In this document: piece after piece, positions 8,395 through 17,204 of the stretch
How the letters are laid out: each line of letters opens with the position of its first letter
Numbering within the stretch: the stretch's first letter is position 1
Assembly: GCA_017633115.1 (NCBI GenBank)
Contig: JAGBPZ010000134.1
Location: 4,852-28,851, forward strand
Length of the DNA stretch: 24,000 nucleotides
From: Erysipelotrichaceae bacterium
GTDB taxonomy: Bacteria > Bacillota_I > Bacilli_A > Erysipelotrichales > Coprobacillaceae
Direction: 5' to 3'
Notes under the pieces: generated by a model
The model's input: the letters and a program-made list of their open reading frames with translations, nothing else
Databases searched by the model: none
What the model was told of the DNA's origin: nothing
Translations under genes and position numbers: made by a program

Positions 8395-10246
8395 TTTCTA
8401 TCTCCTCAATTAAGGCCATTAAATCATCCATGCTGACATGTTCTTCAACAATTTGCTCAGGTACTGTACCTTGGGCAATATAATGATTTTCAATGGCTAG
8501 ATTTTTTATGTTAACAACTTGTTGATGTTTGATATAGAAATCATTGATATAAGTACCTAGTGAACCATCAATGAGACTGCGTTCATAGACAATAATTGGC
8601 ATATGAGTAATACTCATTAACATGTCTTCATCTAATGGCTTTAAGAAACGGGCGTTAATTAAGTTAACTTTTAGATCATTGTCTTTAATTGTTTTAATGA
8701 TATCGTTTATCGCATCACCATAAGAAATAATCACTGATGTTGCTTCGTCAGTCTTATAAGCATAAACCCATTGACCAACTTCTAATGTTTCTTCTGTATG
8801 ATTAAGCGTTCGGCTAGTTATCTGATTAGAATAACGCATCACATATGGATGATCTTTAAGAGCGTAAGCGGTATTAATCATCATTTGCGCTTCGGTTTCA
8901 TTAGAAGGTTCCATGATGACAAGATTTGGAATCGGCATCATAAAACCGATATCAAAGACACCCTGATGTGTAGGGCCATCTTTACCAACAAGATCAGCAC
9001 GGTCGATTCCGATCAAACAAGGACAATCCATACGCGCAATATCATGGTTCAATTGGTCATAAGCGCGTTGTAGGAATGACGAATAGATTGAAAGGAATGG
9101 AAAAGCACCATTTAATGCTATTCCTGATGTCATAGTCATCGCATGTTCTTCAGCAATACCGACATCAAAGCAGCGCTTAGGATAAGCTAAAAAGATATCA
9201 TTCAGACAGCTCCCTGTTTTCATGGCTGGTGTGACAACACAAATATCTTTGTGATCTTGCATCATATATTTAATATGAGATGAAACAATCTGACTCCATG
9301 AAGCGTTATCTGGATCATACTTAGGTTGAATACCTTTTGTGATATCAAACGCATTAACTCCATGATAAAGACCTAAACGGTCATTTTCTGCCTGATCATA
9401 ACCTTTTCCTTTAGTTGTCATGACATGGATGACAGAACTATGTTCATGTCTCTGAGCGACCTTTAAAGCTCGTATGATTTCACTTATGTTATGTCCATCA
9501 ACAGGACCAATGTAGTCAAAGCCAAGCTGGCTGAACATTGTATCATTGTTCATGGCATTACGAATAGAATCTTTCATTCGCTTAGTTGCACGATAAACCT
9601 TCTTACCACGAGCTGTACGTATAAGCAAATCACGGTAAGTTGAACGTACATTTTCATAACCCTGAGAGACACGAATGTCATTAAGAAGATTATGCATTCC
9701 CCCAACATTATTGCCAATTGACATATTATTATCGTTTAAGATAATAATGACTTTAGTATTGAGTCCACCTAAATGGTTAAGTGCTTCAAATGACTCACCA
9801 GAAGCCATAGCAGCATCACCTACGACAGCAATGATTTCATAATGATCATTGTTCATATCTCTGGCAATGGCCATTCCTGTTGCTGCTGAAATAGCTGTTG
9901 ATGAATGTCCTGCTTCAAAACAGTCATATTCGCTTTCACAACGTTTCTGGAAGCCACTTAAACCATCTTTCTGACGTAATGTAGTAAAACGATCCGCTCT
10001 GCCGGTTAAAATCTTATGAACATAAGTTTGATGACCTACATCAAAGAGAAACTTATCCGCAGGGGCACCAAAAACATAATGCAATCCAATCGTTAATTCA
10101 ACAATGCCAAGATTTGAAGAAAAATGGCCACCTGTTTTTGAAACATTATCGATAATGAACTTGCGAATGTCAGCTGCGAGACTAGTGAGTTCTTTTTTAT
10201 TCAATTGTTTTAGAAAATCAGGATTTTTAATATCCATTAAATTCAT
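8378..10246 (-). CDS. dxs: 1-deoxy-D-xylulose-5-phosphate synthase (MEP pathway)
   Basis: 622 aa. ThDP-binding GDAAMASGESFEALN...NDN, GHSSTAISAATGMA, and transketolase-like pyrimidine and C-terminal domains. Confidence 0.95.
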   Translation of the reverse strand: MNLMDIKNPDFLKQLNKKELTSLAADIRKFIIDNVSKTGGHFSSNLGIVELTIGLHYVFGAPADKFLFDVGHQTYVHKILTGRADRFTTLRQKDGLSGFQKRCESEYDCFEAGHSSTAISAATGMAIARDMNNDHYEIIAVVGDAAMASGESFEALNHLGGLNTKVIIILNDNNMSIGNNVGGMHNLLNDIRVSQGYENVRSTYRDLLIRTARGKKVYRATKRMKDSIRNAMNNDTMFSQLGFDYIGPVDGHNISEIIRALKVAQRHEHSSVIHVMTTKGKGYDQAENDRLGLYHGVNAFDITKGIQPKYDPDNASWSQIVSSHIKYMMQDHKDICVVTPAMKTGSCLNDIFLAYPKRCFDVGIAEEHAMTMTSGIALNGAFPFLSIYSSFLQRAYDQLNHDIARMDCPCLIGIDRADLVGKDGPTHQGVFDIGFMMPIPNLVIMEPSNETEAQMMINTAYALKDHPYVMRYSNQITSRTLNHTEETLEVGQWVYAYKTDEATSVIISYGDAINDIIKTIKDNDLKVNLINARFLKPLDEDMLMSITHMPIIVYERSLIDGSLGTYINDFYIKHQQVVNIKNLAIENHYIAQGTVPEQIVEEHVSMDDLMALIEEIESERTS

Positions 10247-11095
10247 TTAACTCACCCTTTTAATAATTTTATTGAGCATGTCGATCAATAAGCCGTGATT
10301 GATCGATAATGCATAAATGTCCTGAAGACATTCTTCATATAAGTCTTTTAGATAATCTTGTGCCTTTTCCAAACCCAAAAGGCTGACATAGGTTGTCTTA
10401 TTGTTGTCAATATCACTGCCAACAGGTTTACCCAAGACTTCTGTTGAACTGGTCACATCAAGGATATCGTCTTGAATCTGGAACGCAAGCCCCATATCAA
10501 AACCGAGTTTAGACAATTTGTCAATGTCTGTTGGACAGGCAATCATGCCTGCACACTCCAGACAAACGGCAATCATACATCCAGTTTTATGATGGTGTAT
10601 GTCTTTTAATTCATTAATAGAAGCATTATGGTTTTCATAATACATATCCTGCTGTTGACCATAGATCATACCAGAAGCACCTGATGCTTTAAATAATAAC
10701 TGACAAATTTTAACTTTTAATGAATCATCAAGATCCATTGTTAAAATAATATTCATTGCTTCATTTAGTAATGCATCTCCAGCTAATACAGCTGTGGCTT
10801 CATCAAATTGTTTATGACAAGTAGGTATACCACGACGTAAATCATCGTCATCCATGGCTGGTAAATCATCATGAATCAGAGAATAAGTATGGACCATTTC
10901 AATAGCACAGGCAATTTTTAAGTATGGTCGATAGTCGACACTATAACTGCGTAATCCTTGAATGAACAATAATGGACGTAATCTTTTACCTCCGGCAGAG
11001 ACACTATAAATCATGGCTTCTCTCACTTTGCCAGGTTTAAGTGTGTGTAGATAATCCATTAGGCATTCGTTGACTTCATTAATGTATTGATTCAT
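10247..11095 (-). CDS. ispA: Farnesyl/geranyl diphosphate synthase (short-chain polyprenyl synthetase)
   Basis: First Asp-rich motif LIHDDLPAMDDDDLRRG and second motif FQIQDDILD. I prefer the ATG at 11095 (SD GAGGG 5 nt upstream, MNQYINEV...) over the ORF-track ATG at 11107. The start is uncertain by 12 nt. Confidence 0.85.
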   Translation of the reverse strand: MNQYINEVNECLMDYLHTLKPGKVREAMIYSVSAGGKRLRPLLFIQGLRSYSVDYRPYLKIACAIEMVHTYSLIHDDLPAMDDDDLRRGIPTCHKQFDEATAVLAGDALLNEAMNIILTMDLDDSLKVKICQLLFKASGASGMIYGQQQDMYYENHNASINELKDIHHHKTGCMIAVCLECAGMIACPTDIDKLSKLGFDMGLAFQIQDDILDVTSSTEVLGKPVGSDIDNNKTTYVSLLGLEKAQDYLKDLYEECLQDIYALSINHGLLIDMLNKIIKRVS

Positions 11096-11096
11096 A

Positions 11097-11309
11097 TTAA
11101 CCCTCATAATCTTTCATTTGATTATCTTCATAAATCTTGACAACTTTTTCTTCGATTGACTTCAGTTTAGTGTCACAGTATTTCACGAGTTCTAAGCCTT
11201 CCTGGTAAAGATTTATCGAATCATCTAAAGAAGCATCATTGTTTTCTAAAATTTTTATGATCTCATCAAGACGTTTCATAGCCTGTTCGTATGTTAATTT
11301 TTGTTCCAT
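11097..11309 (-). CDS. xseB: Exodeoxyribonuclease VII small subunit
   Basis: 70 aa helical protein. YEQAMKRLDEIIKILENNDASLDDSINLYQEGLELVKYC is typical of XseB. SD AGGTGA. Located immediately downstream of xseA. Confidence 0.9.
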   Translation of the reverse strand: MEQKLTYEQAMKRLDEIIKILENNDASLDDSINLYQEGLELVKYCDTKLKSIEEKVVKIYEDNQMKDYEG

Positions 11310-11317
11310 ATTCTCAC

Positions 11318-12634
11318 CTACTTTATTGTTGCTTCATGCTGTCCATCACTAAACATGATTGTGATATCATCACCTTGTTTAAGTTCAGCTGACTGTTTGA
11401 CAACATGATCTTGATATTTGACAATACTATAGCCCTTAGTCAAAAGTTTAAGCGGATTGACTAAATCCAATTTTTCGACTGAGTGATTAAAGCTCTGTCG
11501 CTTTTGTTTAACGATCACTGATAGTGAACGATTAAGATTTTCGTTATATGTATTCAAATCTTTACTATTATTATCAACTATTTGTTTGATTGAGCGATTC
11601 AATTTGGCCTTAGCATCTAACAAATCATGTTGATGGATAGTTAAAAGATGAGTTCCGATAGCCGAAAATTTATCTTTTAATGCCGTTATACGAATGATTT
11701 CAGAACTGTATAACTGTTCTGGATTGGTAAGTATATAATGCTTTGCATATTGATTTAAGCGACTTCGTTCAAGCGAAATTTTCTGTTTCATGATACGGTT
11801 CAGTTGTAAAGACGCCTGATCAGTACGAGTTTGTAACTCTTTGATATTAGGAGTGGCTGCAACAGCGGCTCCTGTAGGCGTATTGGCACGATAATCACTG
11901 ACAAAGTCAACTAATGTCATATCCAGTTCATGTCCAACACCAGTGATGACTGGTGTATTCATCTCATAAATACATTTAACAAGTTCTTCTTCATTAAAGT
12001 TCCATAATTCCTCAATGGAACCTCCCCCACGTACCAAGAGGATCGTTGAAAAACCAATATGATCGATACCTTGAAGGGTTCGAATAATCACTTTATAAGC
12101 ATCTTTCCCTTGAACTGGAATTGGATAGATATAAACACGTGCCACAGGATATCGTTCTTTAAGTGTCCTTAATACGTCCTGTAATGCATCTCCCTGTCTT
12201 GCCGATAATACTGCTATATGTCTTGGGAATGCAGGAATCGGCTTTTTGTGTGCTTCATCAAAATAACCTTGTTCTGTCAGTTTCTTTTTAAGCATTTCAA
12301 ATTGATAGTAAAGATTCCCAATACCATCCTGTTGCATTTCACGCACTGTAATCTGATAGGAACCAGTCTTTTCATAAAGTGTGACATAACAGCGAATCAA
12401 CACTTTCATACCATCTTCTAATTTGAAATTCAGATTTTTGGCCGCATTGTTGAACATGATTGCGCGGATACTTGCTTTATCGTCTTTTAAAGTAAAGTAC
12501 ATATGACCACTTGGATGAGGTCTATAGTTTGAAACTTCACCTTTGAGATAAACATCCTGAAGTTCAATATCAGAAGAAATAATCTGTTTCACATAACGAT
12601 TCAGAGCGTAAACCGACATGTATTCTTGATTCAT
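11318..12634 (-). CDS. xseA: Exodeoxyribonuclease VII large subunit
   Basis: 438 aa. N-terminal OB fold (VYLKGEVSNYRPHPSGHMYFTLKD), catalytic core (IAVLSARQGDALQDV...LVRGGGSIEELWNFNEE) and coiled-coil C-terminus. Confidence 0.9.
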   Translation of the reverse strand: MNQEYMSVYALNRYVKQIISSDIELQDVYLKGEVSNYRPHPSGHMYFTLKDDKASIRAIMFNNAAKNLNFKLEDGMKVLIRCYVTLYEKTGSYQITVREMQQDGIGNLYYQFEMLKKKLTEQGYFDEAHKKPIPAFPRHIAVLSARQGDALQDVLRTLKERYPVARVYIYPIPVQGKDAYKVIIRTLQGIDHIGFSTILLVRGGGSIEELWNFNEEELVKCIYEMNTPVITGVGHELDMTLVDFVSDYRANTPTGAAVAATPNIKELQTRTDQASLQLNRIMKQKISLERSRLNQYAKHYILTNPEQLYSSEIIRITALKDKFSAIGTHLLTIHQHDLLDAKAKLNRSIKQIVDNNSKDLNTYNENLNRSLSVIVKQKRQSFNHSVEKLDLVNPLKLLTKGYSIVKYQDHVVKQSAELKQGDDITIMFSDGQHEATIK

Positions 12635-13051
12635 TTATTCTCCACGTGTGACCAGGTGTGAAAGAACACCATTGATATATCGATAATGATTTTCATCACA
12701 ATATTTTTTTGCGTTTTCAACTGCTTCGTTGATGATGACAGCAGGACTTAGTTCAGTTTCTAATAATTCTGCAGTAGCAATTAAGAGAATCGCCTGATCC
12801 ATTTGTCCTAAACGTTCAAAACGCCATCCAGTCTTTAAATATTTGCTGATAAGAGCAATATATGATTCTTCATTCGTTAATACGAAATCGACTAAACGGC
12901 GGGCAAATTTAAAACCAGATTGACCTTCGACAAGAATGCCATCATAACCAATATAAGTTAAGATATCATCGCGGTCAGAGCCGACTGTTAAATGTTGGTA
13001 AATACCAAAAGTGGCTTTTTCTCTGGCAATTGATCTAATTGATTGACTCAT
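12635..13051 (-). CDS. nusB: Transcription antitermination factor NusB
   Basis: MSQSIRSIAREKATFGIYQ... is a NusB fold with conserved FERLGQMDQAILLIATAEL and YINGVL. The ATG at 13049-13051 has SD GGAGG 9 nt upstream. The ORF-track extension to 13099 lacks an SD. Confidence 0.9.
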   Translation of the reverse strand: MSQSIRSIAREKATFGIYQHLTVGSDRDDILTYIGYDGILVEGQSGFKFARRLVDFVLTNEESYIALISKYLKTGWRFERLGQMDQAILLIATAELLETELSPAVIINEAVENAKKYCDENHYRYINGVLSHLVTRGE

Positions 13052-13122
13052 TTTTAAAGGACCTCCACTAACTAAAAAGTTATCTACATAATAGCACAAT
13101 AAGCTATAAAAAGAAATGACGA

Positions 13123-13153
13123 CAAGAAAAAAAGCAGACGTAATGTCTGCTTA
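13123..13153 (-). terminator. Rho-independent terminator after the Asp23-family gene
   Basis: The minus strand reads TAAGCAGAC-ATTAC-GTCTGCTTTTTTTCTT. This is an 8-bp stem, 5-nt loop and 7-U tract. The stop codon is part of the stem. Confidence 0.85.
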
Positions 13154-13498
13154 AAATACGATTCCTTCAACATTGATATCGATAGATTTGACATCAACAT
13201 TAGTAATCTCTTTGATCTGATCAGCAAGCTTCTTTTGTAAGAACTTTGTTTCTGCTGAAATATTCGTGCCATATTTCATTTTCAAGTGAAGGGTAATATA
13301 AACTTCATTGTCTCTAATTGTACAGTTAACAAGATTTTTTGATCCTGACATAGAGAAGCCTTTAGATGTATCTAAAGAAACATTCTCTGCTTCTGTGACA
13401 ACACGCTTGATGATAATATCAAATACCTGGACGTTCATCATCAAATTACCATTAATTGGTGTACCTTCATAAGTATAATATTCAGTATTATGTGCCAT
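13151..13498 (-). CDS. Asp23/Gls24-family alkaline shock protein (YqhY-like)
   Basis: MAHNTEYYTYEGTPINGNLMMNVQVFDIIIKRVVTEAENV... and the C-terminal VKSIDINVEGIVF are typical of DUF322/Asp23. ATG at 13498 with SD GTGAGGA. The ORF-track GTG at 13510 would overlap the SD. Confidence 0.85.
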   Translation of the reverse strand: MAHNTEYYTYEGTPINGNLMMNVQVFDIIIKRVVTEAENVSLDTSKGFSMSGSKNLVNCTIRDNEVYITLHLKMKYGTNISAETKFLQKKLADQIKEITNVDVKSIDINVEGIVF

Positions 13499-13526
13499 TT
13501 TAATCCTCACTCACTTTCTTATCTAT

Positions 13527-13555
13527 ATTGTATATAAATTTTGAGCTAATGACAA
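13527..13555 (-). promoter_or_regulatory. Sigma-A-type promoter for the Asp23-family gene (and possibly the downstream nusB-recN block)
   Basis: Minus strand: -35 TTGTCA (13550-13555), exactly 17-nt spacer, -10 TACAAT (13527-13532). About 28 nt upstream of the start codon. Confidence 0.55.
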
Positions 13556-13569
13556 GAATATGCTTCAAG

Positions 13570-13593
13570 TTAAAAAAAGAGCGTTATGCTCTT
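13570..13593 (-). terminator. Rho-independent terminator after efp
   Basis: The minus strand reads AAGAGC-ATAAC-GCTCTT followed by TTTTTAA. The efp stop codon (13584-13586) lies in the loop. Confidence 0.65.
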
Positions 13594-14144
13594 CCCTGAT
13601 ATTTACCATCAGTCGTATTAACAACGACGATTTCACCTTCAGCGATGAATAGTGGAACTCTGATCTGATAACCAGTTTCGATTGTAGCAAACTTAGTTGC
13701 ACCAGTAGCTGTATCACCTTTAACTGCAGGTTCAGTTTCGATAATCTGGAATGAAACGTTTACTGGTAACTGTACGCCTAATACTTCACCTTCAAAGCTT
13801 GTGATTTCTACATTATCAGATGGTTTCATGAAGTTAATTTCCCACTGAAGACGATCACTTGGGATTTCGATTTGATCATAAGTATCATTGTCCATGAATA
13901 CTAACATACCAGCACCATCATCATAAAGATACTGCATCTTTTTCTTTTCGATATGAGCTCTCTGAACTTTTGCGTTACCACCAAAAGTGATTTCAGTAGT
14001 AGCACCAGTTCTTAAGTTTTTCATCTTAACTCTGATGTTAGCTGCAGCTCTTGCAGTTTTGTTATGAGAATAATCTAAACATACATAAAGGTTGCCATCA
14101 TACTGGAATGTCATACCTGGTCTTAAATCGCTAGCATTAATCAT
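13584..14144 (-). CDS. efp: Translation elongation factor P
   Basis: 186 aa. MINASDLRPGMTF..DGNLY......HNKTARAAANIRVKMKNLRTG and the three-domain length are typical of EF-P. SD AGAGGAG. Confidence 0.95.
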   Translation of the reverse strand: MINASDLRPGMTFQYDGNLYVCLDYSHNKTARAAANIRVKMKNLRTGATTEITFGGNAKVQRAHIEKKKMQYLYDDGAGMLVFMDNDTYDQIEIPSDRLQWEINFMKPSDNVEITSFEGEVLGVQLPVNVSFQIIETEPAVKGDTATGATKFATIETGYQIRVPLFIAEGEIVVVNTTDGKYQGRA

Positions 14145-14176
14145 TGTTACATTCTCCTCTCTTAAATACCTATATG

Positions 14177-14205
14177 ATTATACATTTTTTTTGCTATGAT
14201 GTAAA
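14177..14205 (-). promoter_or_regulatory. Sigma-A-type promoter of efp with extended -10
   Basis: Minus strand: -35 TTTACA (14200-14205), 17-nt spacer ending in TG, -10 TATAAT (14177-14182). An A/T tract lies immediately upstream as a possible UP element. Confidence 0.6.
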
Positions 14206-14333
14206 ACATTTTTTAAAACACGTCGATTGAATCAATAGAATTTGAATTTCGAAAATCATATAATTAAAACTTTTTTAAAAAAAGTAGAACAAAATGATGA
14301 AAAATCAGTCATATAAACTTAGGAGGTAAAATT

Positions 14334-15317
14334 ATGGACGATTTATTTGAATCACTGATTGATTATGCCATCAATCATGATGCCACAGATATCCATATGA
14401 CTCTTAAGCAACAACTTATTATCAATATGCGTATCTTTGGACAAGTCAAACATTATTTAGATTTTGATTATACGACAGGTTCAAGACTTCTTAATTATCT
14501 CAAATTCAAAAGCGCTATCAATATCAATTATAAGCTTATGCCGCAAACTGGTGCCTTTCATTTTCAACATAATGAACATACATACTTTTTACGCCTTTCC
14601 TTTCTCCCTGGTCAGGATTTTGAAAGTATTGTCATCCGTATTCTTAACAATCATCAATCTTTATCCATAGATGACCTATCCCCTATTAAGACATTTACCC
14701 GTTTTATTCGCCAAATTGCTTCATTGTCTTCTGGTTTGTTCCTGGTTTCAGGAGCAACTGGCTCAGGTAAATCAACAACACTTTATGCCATGATCGATTA
14801 TATTATTGCTCAAGGCGGGCGTCATATTGTCACACTAGAAGATCCTATTGAAATGGTCAAAGATGGATGCCTGCAAATAGAAATGAATGATGCGATGGGT
14901 ATCAGTTATGAAACAACCCTAAGACAAATTTTACGTCATGATCCAGACGTTATTATGATTGGTGAAATTCGTGATGAAAGAACCGCAGCACTTGCCATTA
15001 CCTGTGCTTTAACTGGACATTTGGTTTTATCAACAATTCACGCATCCAATACTCATCTTGTTATCAAACGTTTACTTAATTTAGGTGTTAAATCAACTGA
15101 CTTACAGGATGTATTAGTCGGCATCGCATCGCAAAAAATCATTTATGATCATAAGCAGCACAAAATCATTATTTTGCCTGAAATGATGATTAAAGAAACA
15201 ATCAATGCCATCTTATGTGAGGAAAAACCTAAAGTTGTCAATACATTTAGTATCAATGCCCGTTATCTGGTTGCTAAAGGTTATATCAGTCAGGCATTAG
15301 TTAAGGGGTTATTATGA
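14334..15317 (+). CDS. comGA: Competence pseudopilus assembly ATPase ComGA (GspE/PilB family)
   Basis: 327 aa. Walker A SGATGSGKSTT, Asp box/Walker B DPDVIMIGEIRD, His box GHLVLSTIHA. SD AGGAGG 7 nt upstream. Confidence 0.9.
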   Translation: MDDLFESLIDYAINHDATDIHMTLKQQLIINMRIFGQVKHYLDFDYTTGSRLLNYLKFKSAININYKLMPQTGAFHFQHNEHTYFLRLSFLPGQDFESIVIRILNNHQSLSIDDLSPIKTFTRFIRQIASLSSGLFLVSGATGSGKSTTLYAMIDYIIAQGGRHIVTLEDPIEMVKDGCLQIEMNDAMGISYETTLRQILRHDPDVIMIGEIRDERTAALAITCALTGHLVLSTIHASNTHLVIKRLLNLGVKSTDLQDVLVGIASQKIIYDHKQHKIIILPEMMIKETINAILCEEKPKVVNTFSINARYLVAKGYISQALVKGLL

Positions 15318-16309
15318 AAGATACTCTGTTTTTAGAAAACTGTTATATTCTTCTTTCTCAAGGATATAGTGTTGAGGACACTCTACTGCTATGTGAAGAA
15401 ATCACCCATCATAAAGCATGTAGAGAGATTCTTAATAAAGTCTCTAATGGTCAGGATTTCTCACAAGCCTTACTAGAAGCGGATATTTCTCACTTATTTA
15501 AAGAATTTTATGGTTTCTTTGCACTTAAACTCAACCTATCAGAAGCTATTAAGAATGCCTTGTCAATCACCAAACTATTAGATGGTCATCGGCAAAGATT
15601 GATTAAAGAATTATCGTACCCTTTAATTCTTTTACTATTCATGTTGATTTTTTCTTTATTTTCAACCATCGTACTTTTCCCTCGAGTCAATCAATTGTTT
15701 TCATCTTTTGGAATTGAACTGTCGTTAGTGGTCAAGATTGCCTTCTTTTTTATCCGTATTATCCCTATTATCGTTATATTGATTAGTTTCATTATTATAG
15801 CCATATGTTTTTCAATCATGCGTGCACTGCATTATCACCAGTTTCAGTTGTTTGAACGTTATCTTCATATACCTGCAGCTAAATGGTGTATTCAAAAATA
15901 TTTCACCCTTAAGTTTTCGATTTATTTTAATGAACTGATCAAAGATGATCTTGATGCCAACGCCATTATTACTTTGCTTAATGAGAAAATGATGGATAGC
16001 GATTTAAAGATGATTGTTTATGAAATTTATCGCCTGATCATTGAAGGACATGCATTCATCGATATCTTGAAAGATTTTCCTTATATAGATCCAATGTTTA
16101 CTTCAATGTATATGATGTATATTAATCACCCTGACGAAATCAATGCTCTCGATAGCTATATCGATATTTGTTACAGTCAGATCAATCACTTGATAAATCG
16201 TATCATCAAGATCATTACTCCTTCTGTTTACGCTTTTGTTTCCGTGTCAGTTATTACAGTTTATTTAGGTATTATTTTACCGCTCATGAATATTATTAAT
16301 GATCTTTAG
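15314..16309 (+). CDS. comGB: Competence pseudopilus platform protein ComGB (GspF/PilC family)
   Basis: 331 aa polytopic membrane protein with two GspF-like repeats. Start overlaps the comGA stop (ATGA). Gene order comGA-comGB-pilins. Confidence 0.85.
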   Translation: MKDTLFLENCYILLSQGYSVEDTLLLCEEITHHKACREILNKVSNGQDFSQALLEADISHLFKEFYGFFALKLNLSEAIKNALSITKLLDGHRQRLIKELSYPLILLLFMLIFSLFSTIVLFPRVNQLFSSFGIELSLVVKIAFFFIRIIPIIVILISFIIIAICFSIMRALHYHQFQLFERYLHIPAAKWCIQKYFTLKFSIYFNELIKDDLDANAIITLLNEKMMDSDLKMIVYEIYRLIIEGHAFIDILKDFPYIDPMFTSMYMMYINHPDEINALDSYIDICYSQINHLINRIIKIITPSVYAFVSVSVITVYLGIILPLMNIINDL

Positions 16310-16320
16310 GAGGATTTTTT

Positions 16321-16629
16321 ATGAAACAAACACGCAATGGTTTTACTTTAGTAGAAATGGTTTTTTGTGTATCAGTCATACTCGTTATTTTGCTACTAGT
16401 TATTCCAAATGTCACATCTAAAAACAATATGATTAAAGATAAATCTTGTGATGCACAGATTGAAGTTGTCAACTCACAGATTATACTTTATCAAATTGAA
16501 ACTGGTGAACTGCCAACAAGTATTTCACAGCTGACATCTGGATCTAAACCTTATTTGACCAAGAAACAAAGCACGTGTCCAAACGGCAAAAAAATTGAGA
16601 TTAGTGATGGACAAGCCTATGCATCGTAA
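16321..16629 (+). CDS. comGC: Major competence pseudopilin ComGC
   Basis: Class III signal peptide MKQTRNG|FTLVEMVF (G-1, F+1, E+5) plus hydrophobic helix. 102 aa. Two Cys residues (CDAQ..., STCPNG) available for a disulfide. SD AGGAGG. Confidence 0.85.
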   Translation: MKQTRNGFTLVEMVFCVSVILVILLLVIPNVTSKNNMIKDKSCDAQIEVVNSQIILYQIETGELPTSISQLTSGSKPYLTKKQSTCPNGKKIEISDGQAYAS

Positions 16630-17014
16630 TGGTTTTACTCTTATTGAAATGGTCTTTGTCCTATCAATTACACTCATTATGTCTGGTTTTTCTTTTTTGT
16701 TTCACCCCATTCATATCAAGACGAAAAATGAAATAATGCTTGTTTGTCACTGCTTTGATTTAGCACATGCTCACGCGCTCACACAAAAGGAAAAAGTGAT
16801 AATCAAAGTTAATTCGCAATCGATTGATGTTACGAGTAGCCATTATCAAGATCACTTATCACTTGATCGCTCTTACAAGTTTTTAACGCCACATACTTTT
16901 ACTTACAATAAGAATGGTCATATTAAAGGTGCGAAAACGATTCAGTTAAAAACAAACGAAGGCAGTAAACGTTTTGTTTTTCAGGTTGGTTCAGGTATCT
17001 ATTATGTCACATAA
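16607..17014 (+). CDS. comGD: Minor pseudopilin ComGD
   Basis: Prepilin motif HRNG|FTLIEMVF. Possible starts are ATG 16607, ATG 16619, or the ORF-track TTG 16595; all overlap the comGC 3' end. Confidence 0.7.
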   Translation: MDKPMHRNGFTLIEMVFVLSITLIMSGFSFLFHPIHIKTKNEIMLVCHCFDLAHAHALTQKEKVIIKVNSQSIDVTSSHYQDHLSLDRSYKFLTPHTFTYNKNGHIKGAKTIQLKTNEGSKRFVFQVGSGIYYVT

Positions 17015-17204
17015 AGGCGATACGTTAATAGAAGCACTATTTTCATTTAACCTTTATTTGACTGTCATCATCATTTTTATCATGTGCTTTTCAACTTTAA
17101 ACCGTGCTTCTTTACGTTTAGAAAACACAATTACAAAGTCGTACAGTTCGCAATACATCTATTCAGGAGATGAAATCAAATGGATCGAAAAGCTTTTACA
17201 TTAA
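17004..17204 (+). CDS. comGE: Minor pseudopilin ComGE (66 aa)
   Basis: MSHKG|DTLIEALFSF... is a prepilin-like N-terminus with E+5 followed by a TM helix. The ATG at 17004 overlaps the comGD stop by 11 nt. Position in the operon supports the call; the sequence family is poorly conserved. Confidence 0.55.
   Translation: MSHKGDTLIEALFSFNLYLTVIIIFIMCFSTLNRASLRLENTITKSYSSQYIYSGDEIKWIEKLLH

Noticed and set aside
14203-14283. Reading the twin A/T tracts upstream of comGA as ComK boxes (A4-N5-T4 dimers)
   Set aside because: Only 3/4 and 2/4 of the T positions fit at the required spacing. The 63-bp separation is not a known ComK-box spacing. The first tract is equally well explained as an UP element of the efp promoter. 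I kept it only as a generic regulatory observation.
14661-14669. DnaA-box-like TTATCCATA
   Set aside because: It is a single 8/9 match inside the comGA coding sequence with no cluster of boxes or AT-rich unwinding element. It is also inconsistent with the terminus assignment.
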